A stretch of DNA of 36,660 nt, taken from sequence record SRR2962707_774; one strand, given 5' to 3'. Below the pieces are notes generated by a model that was not told the origin of the DNA, searched no databases, and saw only the letters and a list, made by a program, of their open reading frames with translations. The position numbers and the translations under genes are program-made. Positions 8,737 through 18,004 of this stretch are shown piece after piece (positions within the stretch are counted from its first letter, which is position 1; each line of letters starts with the position of its first letter).

Positions 8737-9551
8737 CCACGATGAAGCGGGAAGATAAAACCGCGCCGGCAGTCATCGTCATTACCGGGGCGGGTGGCGG
8801 TATAGGCGCGGCACTGTCGCGCGCATATGCGGCGCCGGGCGTTCATCTCGGCCTCCTGGGCCGAAACGAAGCCGTACTTGAGAGTATCGCGGGGGAATGC
8901 CGAAGCCTTGGCGCGTCCGCCGAGGTGTTGATCGCGGACGTATCCGAACCGGATGTCGTTGAACGGCTGCTGGAATTCGATGCGCGTTATCCCGTGGACC
9001 TGTTGATCGTCGGGGCCGGTGTTACCTCAGGTATTCCCGGCCCACACTGCATGGAGCCGTGGGAGAGCGCCGAGCACGTCTTGCAGACCAATTTCACCGG
9101 GGCCATCCGGACGATTGCACCGGTTGCCGCCCGGATGGCAGAGCGTGGGCACGGCCGGATCGCAGTTATCGGCTCGCTGGCGGCCCTGACGCCGCTTCCG
9201 TTCAGCCCCGCCTATAGCGCGGCAAAAACGGGTCTGAATGCATACGCCGTAGCTCTTGGACGGTTGCTTGCGCTCAAGGGCGTGCGGTTCACGGTCGTGA
9301 ACCTGGGCTATGTGGACACAGCGATGAGCCGGAAGCTGAGCGGCACCAAGCTGTTCATAACGACGCCGGAAAAGGCTGCTCAGGTGATAAGGCGAGGATT
9401 GGACCGCGGCCGGGCTTATGTGAGCTATCCTGTTGTATTGGCAACAGGAATTCGTCTTCTGAACCTGCTGCCCGAGCCCGTTGTACGCTTGATCCTTCCC
9501 TTCTTTGCTTTTACGCTTTCGGGCCGGGAAGCTGATGGCGGGGGCGTCTGA
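8733..9551 (+). CDS. wcbP: Short-chain dehydrogenase/reductase, WcbP/RkpH-like
   Basis: ITGAGGGIG Rossmann motif, catalytic S...YSAAK and GYVDTAMS; context next to wcbQ/kpsS-like genes; GTG 8733 overlaps the GNAT stop (GTGA). Confidence 0.78.
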   Translation: MTTMKREDKTAPAVIVITGAGGGIGAALSRAYAAPGVHLGLLGRNEAVLESIAGECRSLGASAEVLIADVSEPDVVERLLEFDARYPVDLLIVGAGVTSGIPGPHCMEPWESAEHVLQTNFTGAIRTIAPVAARMAERGHGRIAVIGSLAALTPLPFSPAYSAAKTGLNAYAVALGRLLALKGVRFTVVNLGYVDTAMSRKLSGTKLFITTPEKAAQVIRRGLDRGRAYVSYPVVLATGIRLLNLLPEPVVRLILPFFAFTLSGREADGGGV

Positions 9552-9577
9552 GTGAACGCAGCTTCCACAAGGAGCAG

Positions 9578-11182
9578 GTGATGTTGGGCGGTCTTGCGGG
9601 ATTTTTTACTGCATTTCTCGCAGTGCTCGTGCTTGAGCGGTTCGCCGAACCGGGCCATCCCGAACGGCCTATCCTGCACCGCATGAGCCTGCTGGCGGCG
9701 ATGCCGCTCATTCTCTTCTATTTGTCTGTGTTCATGGCCACCTACAGGCCGCTTTTCGCCACGCTTTTCACCATCATCGTCTTCCTCGGCATTGTGGTCG
9801 TCAACAATGCCAAGGTGCGTGAATTGAAAGAGCCTCTGGTCTATTCCGACTTCGCGCTGCTGCGTCAGGCCATCGAACATCCAGGGCTCTATGTGACCTA
9901 TATCGGTCCTTTCAAAGTGGCCGCGGTCCTTCTGTCGGGCAGCGCGACCATCCTCGCTTGTTTTGTGTTCGAACCCCCCGTGGTCCAGCGCGATACCGCC
10001 GCTGAATGGATCGCACCGCTCGCCTATTTTCTGGTTTTCTTTGGAGCCATCTACGCGATTACCCGCGGGCCTCTCCGAAATGAATTCAGGGAAATACTGA
10101 AGAAATTCGGTGCTTCGACCGATATCCGCGAGGATGTCGATAAACTCAGTCTCGTCATCTCGCTCATCTTCTATTTTCTTCTGGCTGGAGAGCAGGGCGA
10201 AGCTGTTGCCGTATCCGAACGAAACGAGCGTGAAGACCGGTCACGGTTACTGAAGGATGGCACCTCGCGTCCCGCCGTCGTGGTGGTTCAGAGCGAGTCA
10301 TTCTTCGACGCTCGTCGCATCATGACCAGCGTGCCGAAGGGCTTTCTTGCCGAATTCGATCGGATGGCGGGCAATGCCCGGTATGCCGGGCGGCTTCGTG
10401 TGCCCGCCTGGGGTGCAAATACGCTGAGGACGGAGTTCGCTTTCTTGTCAGGAATTCCCGACGAGGCGCTCGGCGTTGACCGTTTCAACCCCTACCTCAA
10501 ATACTGCAACAAGCCCGTGTGGACCGTTGCGTCTTACTTTCAGAGCATCGGATACAGGACGGTATGCATTCACCCGTTCCACAAATCTTTTTTCAGAAGG
10601 AACAGGGTTTATCCATATCTCGGATTCGACGAATTCATAGATATCTCGGAGTTCAATACTTCCGACAAGCTGGGGGCTTATGTCTCGGATGCCGCAGTAA
10701 CGCGGAAGATCGAGGAAAAGTTGAACGACGGCGACCGTCCTCTCTTTATTTTCGCGATCACAATGGAAAATCACGGGCCGTGGCGCGCGCAACGGATCGA
10801 CGTGCCGGACAAGTTGCTGGAGGCGACGCCAAAAAAAGCCAGAAATGTCGCGCAGTATCTCGCTCATCTGGCCAATGCTGGAGCGATGATAGGACGCTTG
10901 CGTCAGGTGCTCAAAAAGCAGGAAGAGGGCGGGATATTCTGTTTTTACGGCGATCATCTTCCAGGGTTCTCGAAATTCTTTAACTCGATCGGAATGAACG
11001 ATCCCAGAACGGATTATTTCATCTGGCACACCGGCACGCGCGATGTGAAGCAGCGCGCGAATGTGAGCGCCGACGGGGTCAATCGCATGATCTTGGAAAC
11101 CTTCATGTCGGTCGCGGCGAACGGAAAGCCGGACGCCGTGCGAAGTGACTTGCCCCAGTCTGCTGCGGGGAAAAATACATGA
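9578..11182 (+). CDS. wcbQ: LTA synthase/alkaline-phosphatase superfamily membrane protein, WcbQ/RkpI-like
   Basis: Several N-terminal TM segments; K..LKEPLVYSDF, QSESFFD, WGANTLRTEF (Thr nucleophile position), TMENHGPW and YGDHLP; SD AAGGAG upstream. Confidence 0.82.
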   Translation: MMLGGLAGFFTAFLAVLVLERFAEPGHPERPILHRMSLLAAMPLILFYLSVFMATYRPLFATLFTIIVFLGIVVVNNAKVRELKEPLVYSDFALLRQAIEHPGLYVTYIGPFKVAAVLLSGSATILACFVFEPPVVQRDTAAEWIAPLAYFLVFFGAIYAITRGPLRNEFREILKKFGASTDIREDVDKLSLVISLIFYFLLAGEQGEAVAVSERNEREDRSRLLKDGTSRPAVVVVQSESFFDARRIMTSVPKGFLAEFDRMAGNARYAGRLRVPAWGANTLRTEFAFLSGIPDEALGVDRFNPYLKYCNKPVWTVASYFQSIGYRTVCIHPFHKSFFRRNRVYPYLGFDEFIDISEFNTSDKLGAYVSDAAVTRKIEEKLNDGDRPLFIFAITMENHGPWRAQRIDVPDKLLEATPKKARNVAQYLAHLANAGAMIGRLRQVLKKQEEGGIFCFYGDHLPGFSKFFNSIGMNDPRTDYFIWHTGTRDVKQRANVSADGVNRMILETFMSVAANGKPDAVRSDLPQSAAGKNT

Positions 11183-12489
11183 AACGTGTTTTCCTGTTTC
11201 TTCAGGGAAGCAGCTGCCACTTCTTTCCGGCGTTGGGCAAGGCGCTGGCAGAGCGCGGCTATGGCGTTCGCCGGATAAATGCGAGCGGCGGAGACTGGTA
11301 TTTCTGGCGCGATTGGAACGCGGTCGACTACAAGGGCGACCCGGCGGATTTCGGCGCGTTTGTGAAATCGAAAATCCAGTCCGACGGCGTTACAGACATT
11401 GTTCTTTATAATGATTGCAGGCCTCTCCACAGGTTTGGTATCGAGGCTGCACGTAGCCGGGGATGCCGCGTCTGGGTCTTCGAAGAAGGTTACTTGAGGC
11501 CCTATTGGCTTACGTTGGAAGAAGGCGGCGTCAACGGACACTCCTCGCTAATTCACGAAGCCGGACGGTCTTGTTTCGAGGCGATTGAGGATCGGGATAA
11601 CGATAACGAGATATTGTACACCCCTACATCTTCCGCCTTGTTCTGGCGTGTTCTCTATGACTTTCAGTGGCAGGGCTGGAATTACCTTCTGCACTTTCGG
11701 TACCCGCGCTACAAGACGCATCGCCCGTTTCCGATCTGGGCGGAGTACGCAACCTGGGCGATGCGGCTCGCGAAGTTGCCCTTGTCTCGCCGTCGCGCCG
11801 CCGAAACGATTGACGGACTGGTTCGGTCCGAAGCGAGCTATTACGTTTTCCCCATGCAGCTCGAAAGCGACTCGCAGGTGGTTGCCCATTCTGATTTCTC
11901 AGGTATGGAACAGGCGCTGGAAAGTGCAATACAGAGTTTTGCCAACCATGCGCCGAATGGCACGCAATTCGTCGTCAAGCTGCATCCCATGGATAACGGC
12001 TGGATCAATTTCCGTCGCATAACGGGCGAGCTGGCGGCACGATACGGAGTGGCCGATCGCGTTGTCTATATCGATGGCGGAAATCTCGATACGCTGATCG
12101 ATGGTTCGCAGGGTATTGTCACCCTGAACAGCACCGTCGGTCTCTCCGCACTGAAACGAGGCAAGCCGGTGATTTGTCTGGCCAAGGCCGTGTTCAACCT
12201 TCCCGGGCTGACTTTTCAGGGCGGACTTGACAGTTTCTGGGTAGAAAAATCCCCGCCCGACAACGCATTGTTGCGGGGTTTCCTTGCTTATTTGATGAAG
12301 CACGCGCTTATTGTCGGTGATTTTTATACCTCTGAAGGCGTGGCTCTTGCCGTGACGAACGCCATTGATAGATTTGAGCGCTTGGGACCGGAGGATACTC
12401 GGTTGGATCAAGACGGCGGGGAGCCGCAAGCGAGTGCTCACGACGGGGAACGTCGATTGAGCGTATCGGCGATGAGATCTGTGTCATGA
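11179..12489 (+). CDS. kpsS: Capsule biosynthesis beta-Kdo transferase KpsS/WcbO/RkpJ family (GT107-like)
   Basis: FLFLQG, VFEEGYLRPYWLTLEEGGVNGHS, PMQLESDSQ, VKLHPMD and TLNSTVGLSAL; ATGA overlap with upstream gene. Confidence 0.88.
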   Translation: MKRVFLFLQGSSCHFFPALGKALAERGYGVRRINASGGDWYFWRDWNAVDYKGDPADFGAFVKSKIQSDGVTDIVLYNDCRPLHRFGIEAARSRGCRVWVFEEGYLRPYWLTLEEGGVNGHSSLIHEAGRSCFEAIEDRDNDNEILYTPTSSALFWRVLYDFQWQGWNYLLHFRYPRYKTHRPFPIWAEYATWAMRLAKLPLSRRRAAETIDGLVRSEASYYVFPMQLESDSQVVAHSDFSGMEQALESAIQSFANHAPNGTQFVVKLHPMDNGWINFRRITGELAARYGVADRVVYIDGGNLDTLIDGSQGIVTLNSTVGLSALKRGKPVICLAKAVFNLPGLTFQGGLDSFWVEKSPPDNALLRGFLAYLMKHALIVGDFYTSEGVALAVTNAIDRFERLGPEDTRLDQDGGEPQASAHDGERRLSVSAMRSVS

Positions 12490-12526
12490 CGATGGTTCTT
12501 CTTGCCAGTACGGCCGGCCTTGTCCC

Positions 12527-14350
12527 GTGAGTGACACCCACTCGAAGCAACACGACATCGCCGGTCCGGCCGACGAGTTCTCGAAGCTCTTCGCAGCGGG
12601 AGATGAGAGCGGGGCGGTTGATGTCGCCATGGCGGCGTTGTCGTCCGGGGCTGCGTTCGCTCCCCCCTTTGAAAGCGTGTGGTGGCTTTGTGATGAACTG
12701 CGGCAACGCCGCCGGTTCCGGCTTGCCCTTCTGCTGCTTTTGCAAGCGGTTGATCGCGGCTATAGCGGCTGGCGCGCGCTTTATCTGAAGGGAACGCTTG
12801 AAGCGTTGAACAGGCGCATGCCCGAAGCCGCCGAAACGTTGAAGAAGGCCCTGAAACAATCTCCAGAAGACAAGCGAGCGGAAGTGGCGATCCTTCTTGC
12901 CCGGGTCAATGTCATTCGCGGTGACGATTTGGCTGCGCAGCTCCTTTTTCGAAAACATTCGACTATTCACGATCTGTCGCCACGTCTCGCCGACATTGCC
13001 GTCAAGGCCGCCTTCAGGTCAGGGAAGGAGGACGTTGCCCTCGCATGGGCGCGCCGATCCACAAACACCCATGGAACGACAGCGAAACGCGCTCGCATCC
13101 TGGCCCGCATATACATGGACCGGGCTGAGTGGGCGGAAGCCCGCAAAATTGCCGAAGAAGGGCTGAAGGCAGATAGCGGAAACGTTGAACTGAAGCGATT
13201 GATAGCGATCGCCCTTTTCCATGAGGGGCGCATCGTTCTTGCCATTACTCATCTGGAGCAGATTGCGGCTCCCGAAACCGATTGGACCGAAGGAAAGATC
13301 ATACTGTGCAAGTGCCTGATTACGGCAGGTCGTACACACGAAGCACAGAAGGTTTTCCGGTCGATTGAAGATGAGACCGGCTTCACCCATGAGATGATGT
13401 TTCTTCGATCTCGTTTGGGCCAGGACGGCGTTGCGCCTGATGGAAACCCGGCAAAGACGCGTGATCGCCGCAAGAAGGACCCTCTGGAGGATCCCGAAGT
13501 CCGGCACATTCTGTCGAATATACCCGACGATTTCGTTCCGAGCTGGACGCCGGAAGCAGTATCGAAGAGTGGCAACATTCCCCGCGCAATCGGGAAGCTC
13601 TTTCATTCGGTTCGCACGATAATGCTGCGGGAGACGATGGCGCGGTTCGGCAGACACGAAATGGGCTATTTGTGGGCGATCATCGAGCCTCTGATACACG
13701 TCGCCGTTGTGTCGTGCATTTTCTACTTTATTCGTGCGCGCGATACGCTCGGAATGAACGTGGTCCTGTTCGTGGCGACCGGTGTGATCCCGCTCTTTTT
13801 CTACATGAAGACCTATTCCGGGCTCACCAATATACTGAAACAGAACCGTCCCTTGCTGAATCATCCCGGCGTTCAGCCCATGGATATCTTTCTGGCAAGA
13901 AGCATACTGGAATTCTTCACCCAGATTTTTGTCTTCATTATATTTGTCATCGCGATCTACTTGTTTGTCGAGGAGTATACATTCGGCAATGTGTGGTCGG
14001 TGCTGACCAATGTGTTCGGCCTATGGATCACCGGCATCGGGATGGGGCTGTTCATCGGCTCTATCGTCGTGTTCGCGGAGTCGATCAAGAATGTCATGGA
14101 CGGAACAAACAGGCTTATCTACATCACTTCGGGCGTTTTCTTCACGCTCGACATGATGCCCCAAGCCGTTGCGGAATATCTGAAGTGGAATCCATTGCTC
14201 CACTTTGTCGATGGAGTGCGCGGCAATTTCAACCCGTTGATGGGAGGGACGCGGGTCGATATCGGCTACGCATACATCTGGGCGGTTGCGATATTGTTCT
14301 GTGGCCTCGTCGCCGATCGCGCGCTGCGACACAAGGTTCTCGATAGATGA
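12527..14350 (+). CDS. kpsM: Capsule ABC transporter permease KpsM fused to an N-terminal ~300-aa TPR-like helical domain
   Basis: C-terminal ABC-2 permease motifs IMLRETMARFGRHEMGYLWAIIEPL, SGVFF and WNPLLH with ~6 TM segments; N-terminal TPR-like repeats (ALYLKGTLEALNRRMPEAAETLKKALKQSPED; ARIYMDRAEWAEARKIAEEGLKADSGN); continuous ORF. Confidence 0.85.
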   Translation: MSDTHSKQHDIAGPADEFSKLFAAGDESGAVDVAMAALSSGAAFAPPFESVWWLCDELRQRRRFRLALLLLLQAVDRGYSGWRALYLKGTLEALNRRMPEAAETLKKALKQSPEDKRAEVAILLARVNVIRGDDLAAQLLFRKHSTIHDLSPRLADIAVKAAFRSGKEDVALAWARRSTNTHGTTAKRARILARIYMDRAEWAEARKIAEEGLKADSGNVELKRLIAIALFHEGRIVLAITHLEQIAAPETDWTEGKIILCKCLITAGRTHEAQKVFRSIEDETGFTHEMMFLRSRLGQDGVAPDGNPAKTRDRRKKDPLEDPEVRHILSNIPDDFVPSWTPEAVSKSGNIPRAIGKLFHSVRTIMLRETMARFGRHEMGYLWAIIEPLIHVAVVSCIFYFIRARDTLGMNVVLFVATGVIPLFFYMKTYSGLTNILKQNRPLLNHPGVQPMDIFLARSILEFFTQIFVFIIFVIAIYLFVEEYTFGNVWSVLTNVFGLWITGIGMGLFIGSIVVFAESIKNVMDGTNRLIYITSGVFFTLDMMPQAVAEYLKWNPLLHFVDGVRGNFNPLMGGTRVDIGYAYIWAVAILFCGLVADRALRHKVLDR

Positions 14351-15003
14351 TCCACCTGATCGGAGTCGAAAAACACTACAAAACCGAAGTCGGCATCAGA
14401 CAGGTGATCCGCGAAACGAACCTTTCGATTCCAACGAACAAGCGCGTAGGGGTTCTCGGCCGAAACGGTGCCGGGAAAACGACATTGCTGAATATGGTGG
14501 CAGGTGTCGATCAGCCCAACCACGGAATGATCTTGCGCCACGCCCATTTGTCCTGGCCTTTGGGGTTTGCCGGCGGGTTTCACGGTGATCTGACAGCTCG
14601 CGAAAACATATCGTTTGTGGCGCGGCTTTACGATGTTGACTATGACAAGACGTTCGCTCTTACGGAGGAATTCGCCGAGATCGGGGCTTATGTCGATATG
14701 CCTGTCCGCACTTACAGTCAGGGCATGAAATCCAGGCTTGCATTCGGGCTCAGTCTGGCAATCGATTTTGACTGTTATCTTATCGACGAAACGATTGGCG
14801 CCGGGGATCGCTTCTTCAGACAAAAATCGCGTGCAGTATTTCTCGAACAATCGAAAGGGGCAGGTATGCTCTTGGTTTCGCACAATGAAACGACGGTAAG
14901 GGAGTATTGCGAAATCGCGTTGGTCATCTATGAGGGAGTGTTGGTTCCTTTTAGCGACGTCGACGAAGCGATCGACTTTTATATGCGGAAATGCGCTCCA
15001 TGA
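14347..15003 (+). CDS. kpsT: Capsule ABC transporter ATP-binding protein
   Basis: Walker A GRNGAGKTT, SWPLGF.GGF, signature YSQGMKSRL, Walker B YLIDE and VSH; 218 aa. Confidence 0.92.
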   Translation: MIHLIGVEKHYKTEVGIRQVIRETNLSIPTNKRVGVLGRNGAGKTTLLNMVAGVDQPNHGMILRHAHLSWPLGFAGGFHGDLTARENISFVARLYDVDYDKTFALTEEFAEIGAYVDMPVRTYSQGMKSRLAFGLSLAIDFDCYLIDETIGAGDRFFRQKSRAVFLEQSKGAGMLLVSHNETTVREYCEIALVIYEGVLVPFSDVDEAIDFYMRKCAP

Positions 15004-16226
15004 GCCCAAGATTTGACAGAGACCGGCTGGCGAGAATTGTGCGGGAGGACGGTCCTGCAGGGAGGGCGATCCTCTTTTGGAAAGAGCGTGCGATGCCCCT
15101 CCTCAAGGAGCGGCTGCTGCCCATTCTCGGGCTGGGTGTTTCCAAACTCCTCTTCATCGCACTGGTGATATTTCCTTCAGCTCTTGCGGCCGTGTACTTC
15201 GGTCTTTGGGCATCCGACCGATACGTATCCACCACGCTGATGACGGTTCGCACGTCGGACTCGCAGATTGCTTCCGCCTTTACTGGATTGCTGGGTTCGC
15301 TTGGCGGGCAGACCGGTCTGGTCGACGGGTACGTCGTTGAGGAATACATCCAGTCGCACGAGATCGCGCGAAAACTTCAGGAGTCGATCGATCTAAGGGC
15401 GATCTATTCGGTCGAAGAGGCAGACTATTGGTCGAGGCTCGACGCGGACGTGACCTTCGAGGACTTCTTCAGCTATTACCAAAGCCGTATAGACATCTAT
15501 TTCGATTCCGAAGCCAACGTCGTTCATCTCGATGTTCAGGCCTACAGGCCCGAGGATGCACGGAACATAGCGGCGGCAATCGTCAAGCTCAGCGATGACA
15601 TGGTGAACCGCATCTCCGAGCAATCCCGCAGCGATGCCGTCAAGTTCGCCGCCGAAGAAGTGACGCTTGCCGAAAACAGGCTTCGGGATAATCGCCTTAC
15701 CCTGTACCGTTTCCGGGAAGAACATGGGGAGCTTGATCCCGTGCGCTCTGCCGAAGCGATCGGCGGTATTGTTTCGAAGCTTGAAGAAGAGCTGGCAAGA
15801 TACAAGACCGAGCTGGCATCCCTGCGCAGCTATATGCGCGAAGACAGTGCGCAGATCGCAGGCGTGAAGGCGCGGATCGGTGCCATTGAGCAGCAGCTCC
15901 GCTCGGAGCGGGGGCGCCTCACCAGCAGCCCGGACGATCCGGCGACGACTTTTTCGGATGTGCTCGCCGACTACGAACGTCTTCTCATCGAGGAGGAGTT
16001 CGCGAGATCGGCCTACACTTCGGCTGTGTCGGCCCTGGAGATCGCGCGCGCCGATGCCGCGCGCAAACAGGCCTATCTGGTCGCTTTCGTCGAGCCGTCC
16101 CTGCCGGACGCGGCATCGAAACCCGACAGATTGCTGATTGTCGTCTCCGTTGTGGCATGTGGCCTGTTGGCATTCGGCCTGCTAATGTTGATCGGGGCAG
16201 CCATTAAGGAGCATGCGCGGATATGA
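15000..16226 (+). CDS. kpsE: Capsule export inner-membrane co-polymerase (PCP-3)
   Basis: N-terminal TM followed by ASDRYVS, EYIQS, periplasmic coiled coil, YLVAFVEPSLPD..P.R and C-terminal TM ending IKEH; ATG 15000 overlaps kpsT stop (alternative ATG at 15093). Confidence 0.88.
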   Translation: MSPRFDRDRLARIVREDGPAGRAILFWKERAMPLLKERLLPILGLGVSKLLFIALVIFPSALAAVYFGLWASDRYVSTTLMTVRTSDSQIASAFTGLLGSLGGQTGLVDGYVVEEYIQSHEIARKLQESIDLRAIYSVEEADYWSRLDADVTFEDFFSYYQSRIDIYFDSEANVVHLDVQAYRPEDARNIAAAIVKLSDDMVNRISEQSRSDAVKFAAEEVTLAENRLRDNRLTLYRFREEHGELDPVRSAEAIGGIVSKLEEELARYKTELASLRSYMREDSAQIAGVKARIGAIEQQLRSERGRLTSSPDDPATTFSDVLADYERLLIEEEFARSAYTSAVSALEIARADAARKQAYLVAFVEPSLPDAASKPDRLLIVVSVVACGLLAFGLLMLIGAAIKEHARI

Positions 16227-17989
16227 AGGTTTGGGGGGTGTTTTCCGTCGCGCTGCTGGCGCTGGCGTTCAGTGCAGATTTGGCCTCCGCTCAGTCGGAA
16301 ACGTCGTCGCAACGGCGCATGCCGGCGGCGGGGATGGAAGGACGGTCCATCGACGGCGGTCTGTCGGAGGTATTCGGCGATCCGGGCGGCTATGAACAAC
16401 CCAAGGCCATCGAGTCCGCGCCCGTGGGTGGTGACATCCTGCTTCGCGAACAAAGCAGCTCCCGCGTCGATATTCCCAACGCGGTGCCGGCGCTTGACGA
16501 TGCGCTTCAGCCCTACGGCTCGCAGATTTTCACGAATTCGTCGCTGGTCGACCGAAGCGTCGGGGTCAACCCGGATTACCGCATCGCGCAGGGCGATCGC
16601 ATTGCGGTTCGTATGTGGGGTGCCCGCACGTTCGACAGCGTTCTCGTCGTCGATATCCAGGGCAATATCTTTCTTCCTGAAATCGGCCCCGTTAGCGTCG
16701 AAGGCATCAACAACAGTCAATTGTCGCAGCGGGTGCGTTCGAGCGTGGCCAGCGTCTTCACAGACAACGTGAAGGTGTACACAAACCTGCTCGGAACGCA
16801 GCCCCTGGGGGTGTTTGTTACGGGTGCCGTGCCTTTTCCCGGGCGGTATCCGGGGTCGAAGGATAACAGTGTTCTCTATTATCTCGCGCGCGCCGGCGGC
16901 ATCGATCCGGAAAGTGGCAGCTACCGCAACATCGAGATCGTGAGAAATGGAAGGGCAATCGCCCAGATCGACCTGTACCGTTTCCTGACGAAAGGCGACA
17001 TGCCTTCGGTGCGCTTCTCCGATAATGATGCGATCGTTGTCAATCCGCAAATGCCGACAGTGGCAGTGTCGGGCGATGTCCGAAATGAATATCGCTTTGA
17101 GTTTGATCCCGCCGATGGCTCTCTGGCGGGAGGTGTTTTGGCTCTCGCGCAGCCTGTCCCTGCCGCCAGCCACGGCCTGCTGCAGGGAATCCGGGACGGC
17201 AAACAATTCAACACCTACGTTCCCCTGCCTCAACTCGCAGCATACTCTCTGGCTGACGGTGATGCGATTTCGGTTCAGGCAGACCGGGAAGCCGAAACGA
17301 TTGTCGTGAAAATCGAGGGTAACGATGCCGGGCCTTCCGCCTTCGCCATCCCGCGTGCGACGCGCCTCGGAGCCGTTGCGCAGCTGATCGAGGTGGATCC
17401 GGAAATTGCCGATATCGATGCGATATACCTGCGCCGCGCGTCGGTGGCAGCCCGGCAGCAGCAGGCGATCGATCGGGCCCTTTATGAGCTGCAGCGGTCT
17501 GTTCTCACCGGCAATTCAATCAGCGCGACCGAGGCGGAAATGCGTGTTCAGGAAGCCGCTCTCGTGGAGCGCTTTGTAAGCCAGGTCAGGACTGTACAAC
17601 CCGAAGGGCGTGTCATCCTGGCCGAAAGCGATTGGCGCAGCATGCTTCTGGAGGACGGCGACGAGATCGTGATCCCGAGGAAGAGCGATGTTGTGCTGAT
17701 TTCCGGCGAGGTCAAGGTGCCGCAGACGGTTCTCTGGAAGGAAGGAAGGTCGATCAGCTCGTATATCGACGCGGCTGGCGGTGTCAGCAACCGGGGTGAC
17801 TCCGGTCGCGTCCTCGTCCTTCGCAATGACGGTTCGATTGAGGAGGGTAACGCGCGCATTCGCAAGGGCGATCACATCATGGTGTTGCCGGCGCCGACGG
17901 ATAAATCCTTTGCTGTCTTCAGCGATATCATAGAGATCATATACCGTGTGGCTCTCTCTGCCGCTGTCGTCATCCGAGCAGGCGACTAG
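16223..17989 (+). CDS. kpsD: Capsule export OPX protein (Poly_export + SLBB repeats), KpsD-type
   Basis: Sec signal peptide without lipobox (ASA/Q); NPDYRIAQGDRIAVRMWG and VDIQGNIFLPEIGPV; repeated VTGAV..PG, VSGDV and ISGEV..P SLBB starts; amphipathic C-terminal helix. Confidence 0.85.
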   Translation: MKVWGVFSVALLALAFSADLASAQSETSSQRRMPAAGMEGRSIDGGLSEVFGDPGGYEQPKAIESAPVGGDILLREQSSSRVDIPNAVPALDDALQPYGSQIFTNSSLVDRSVGVNPDYRIAQGDRIAVRMWGARTFDSVLVVDIQGNIFLPEIGPVSVEGINNSQLSQRVRSSVASVFTDNVKVYTNLLGTQPLGVFVTGAVPFPGRYPGSKDNSVLYYLARAGGIDPESGSYRNIEIVRNGRAIAQIDLYRFLTKGDMPSVRFSDNDAIVVNPQMPTVAVSGDVRNEYRFEFDPADGSLAGGVLALAQPVPAASHGLLQGIRDGKQFNTYVPLPQLAAYSLADGDAISVQADREAETIVVKIEGNDAGPSAFAIPRATRLGAVAQLIEVDPEIADIDAIYLRRASVAARQQQAIDRALYELQRSVLTGNSISATEAEMRVQEAALVERFVSQVRTVQPEGRVILAESDWRSMLLEDGDEIVIPRKSDVVLISGEVKVPQTVLWKEGRSISSYIDAAGGVSNRGDSGRVLVLRNDGSIEEGNARIRKGDHIMVLPAPTDKSFAVFSDIIEIIYRVALSAAVVIRAGD

Positions 17990-18004
17990 AGCATCCGGGA
18001 GGAC

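Noticed and set aside
9578-11182. Calling this a sulfatase that partners the sulfotransferases
   Set aside because: No C/S-x-P-x-R formylglycine motif; residues fit the LtaS-type phosphotransferase branch
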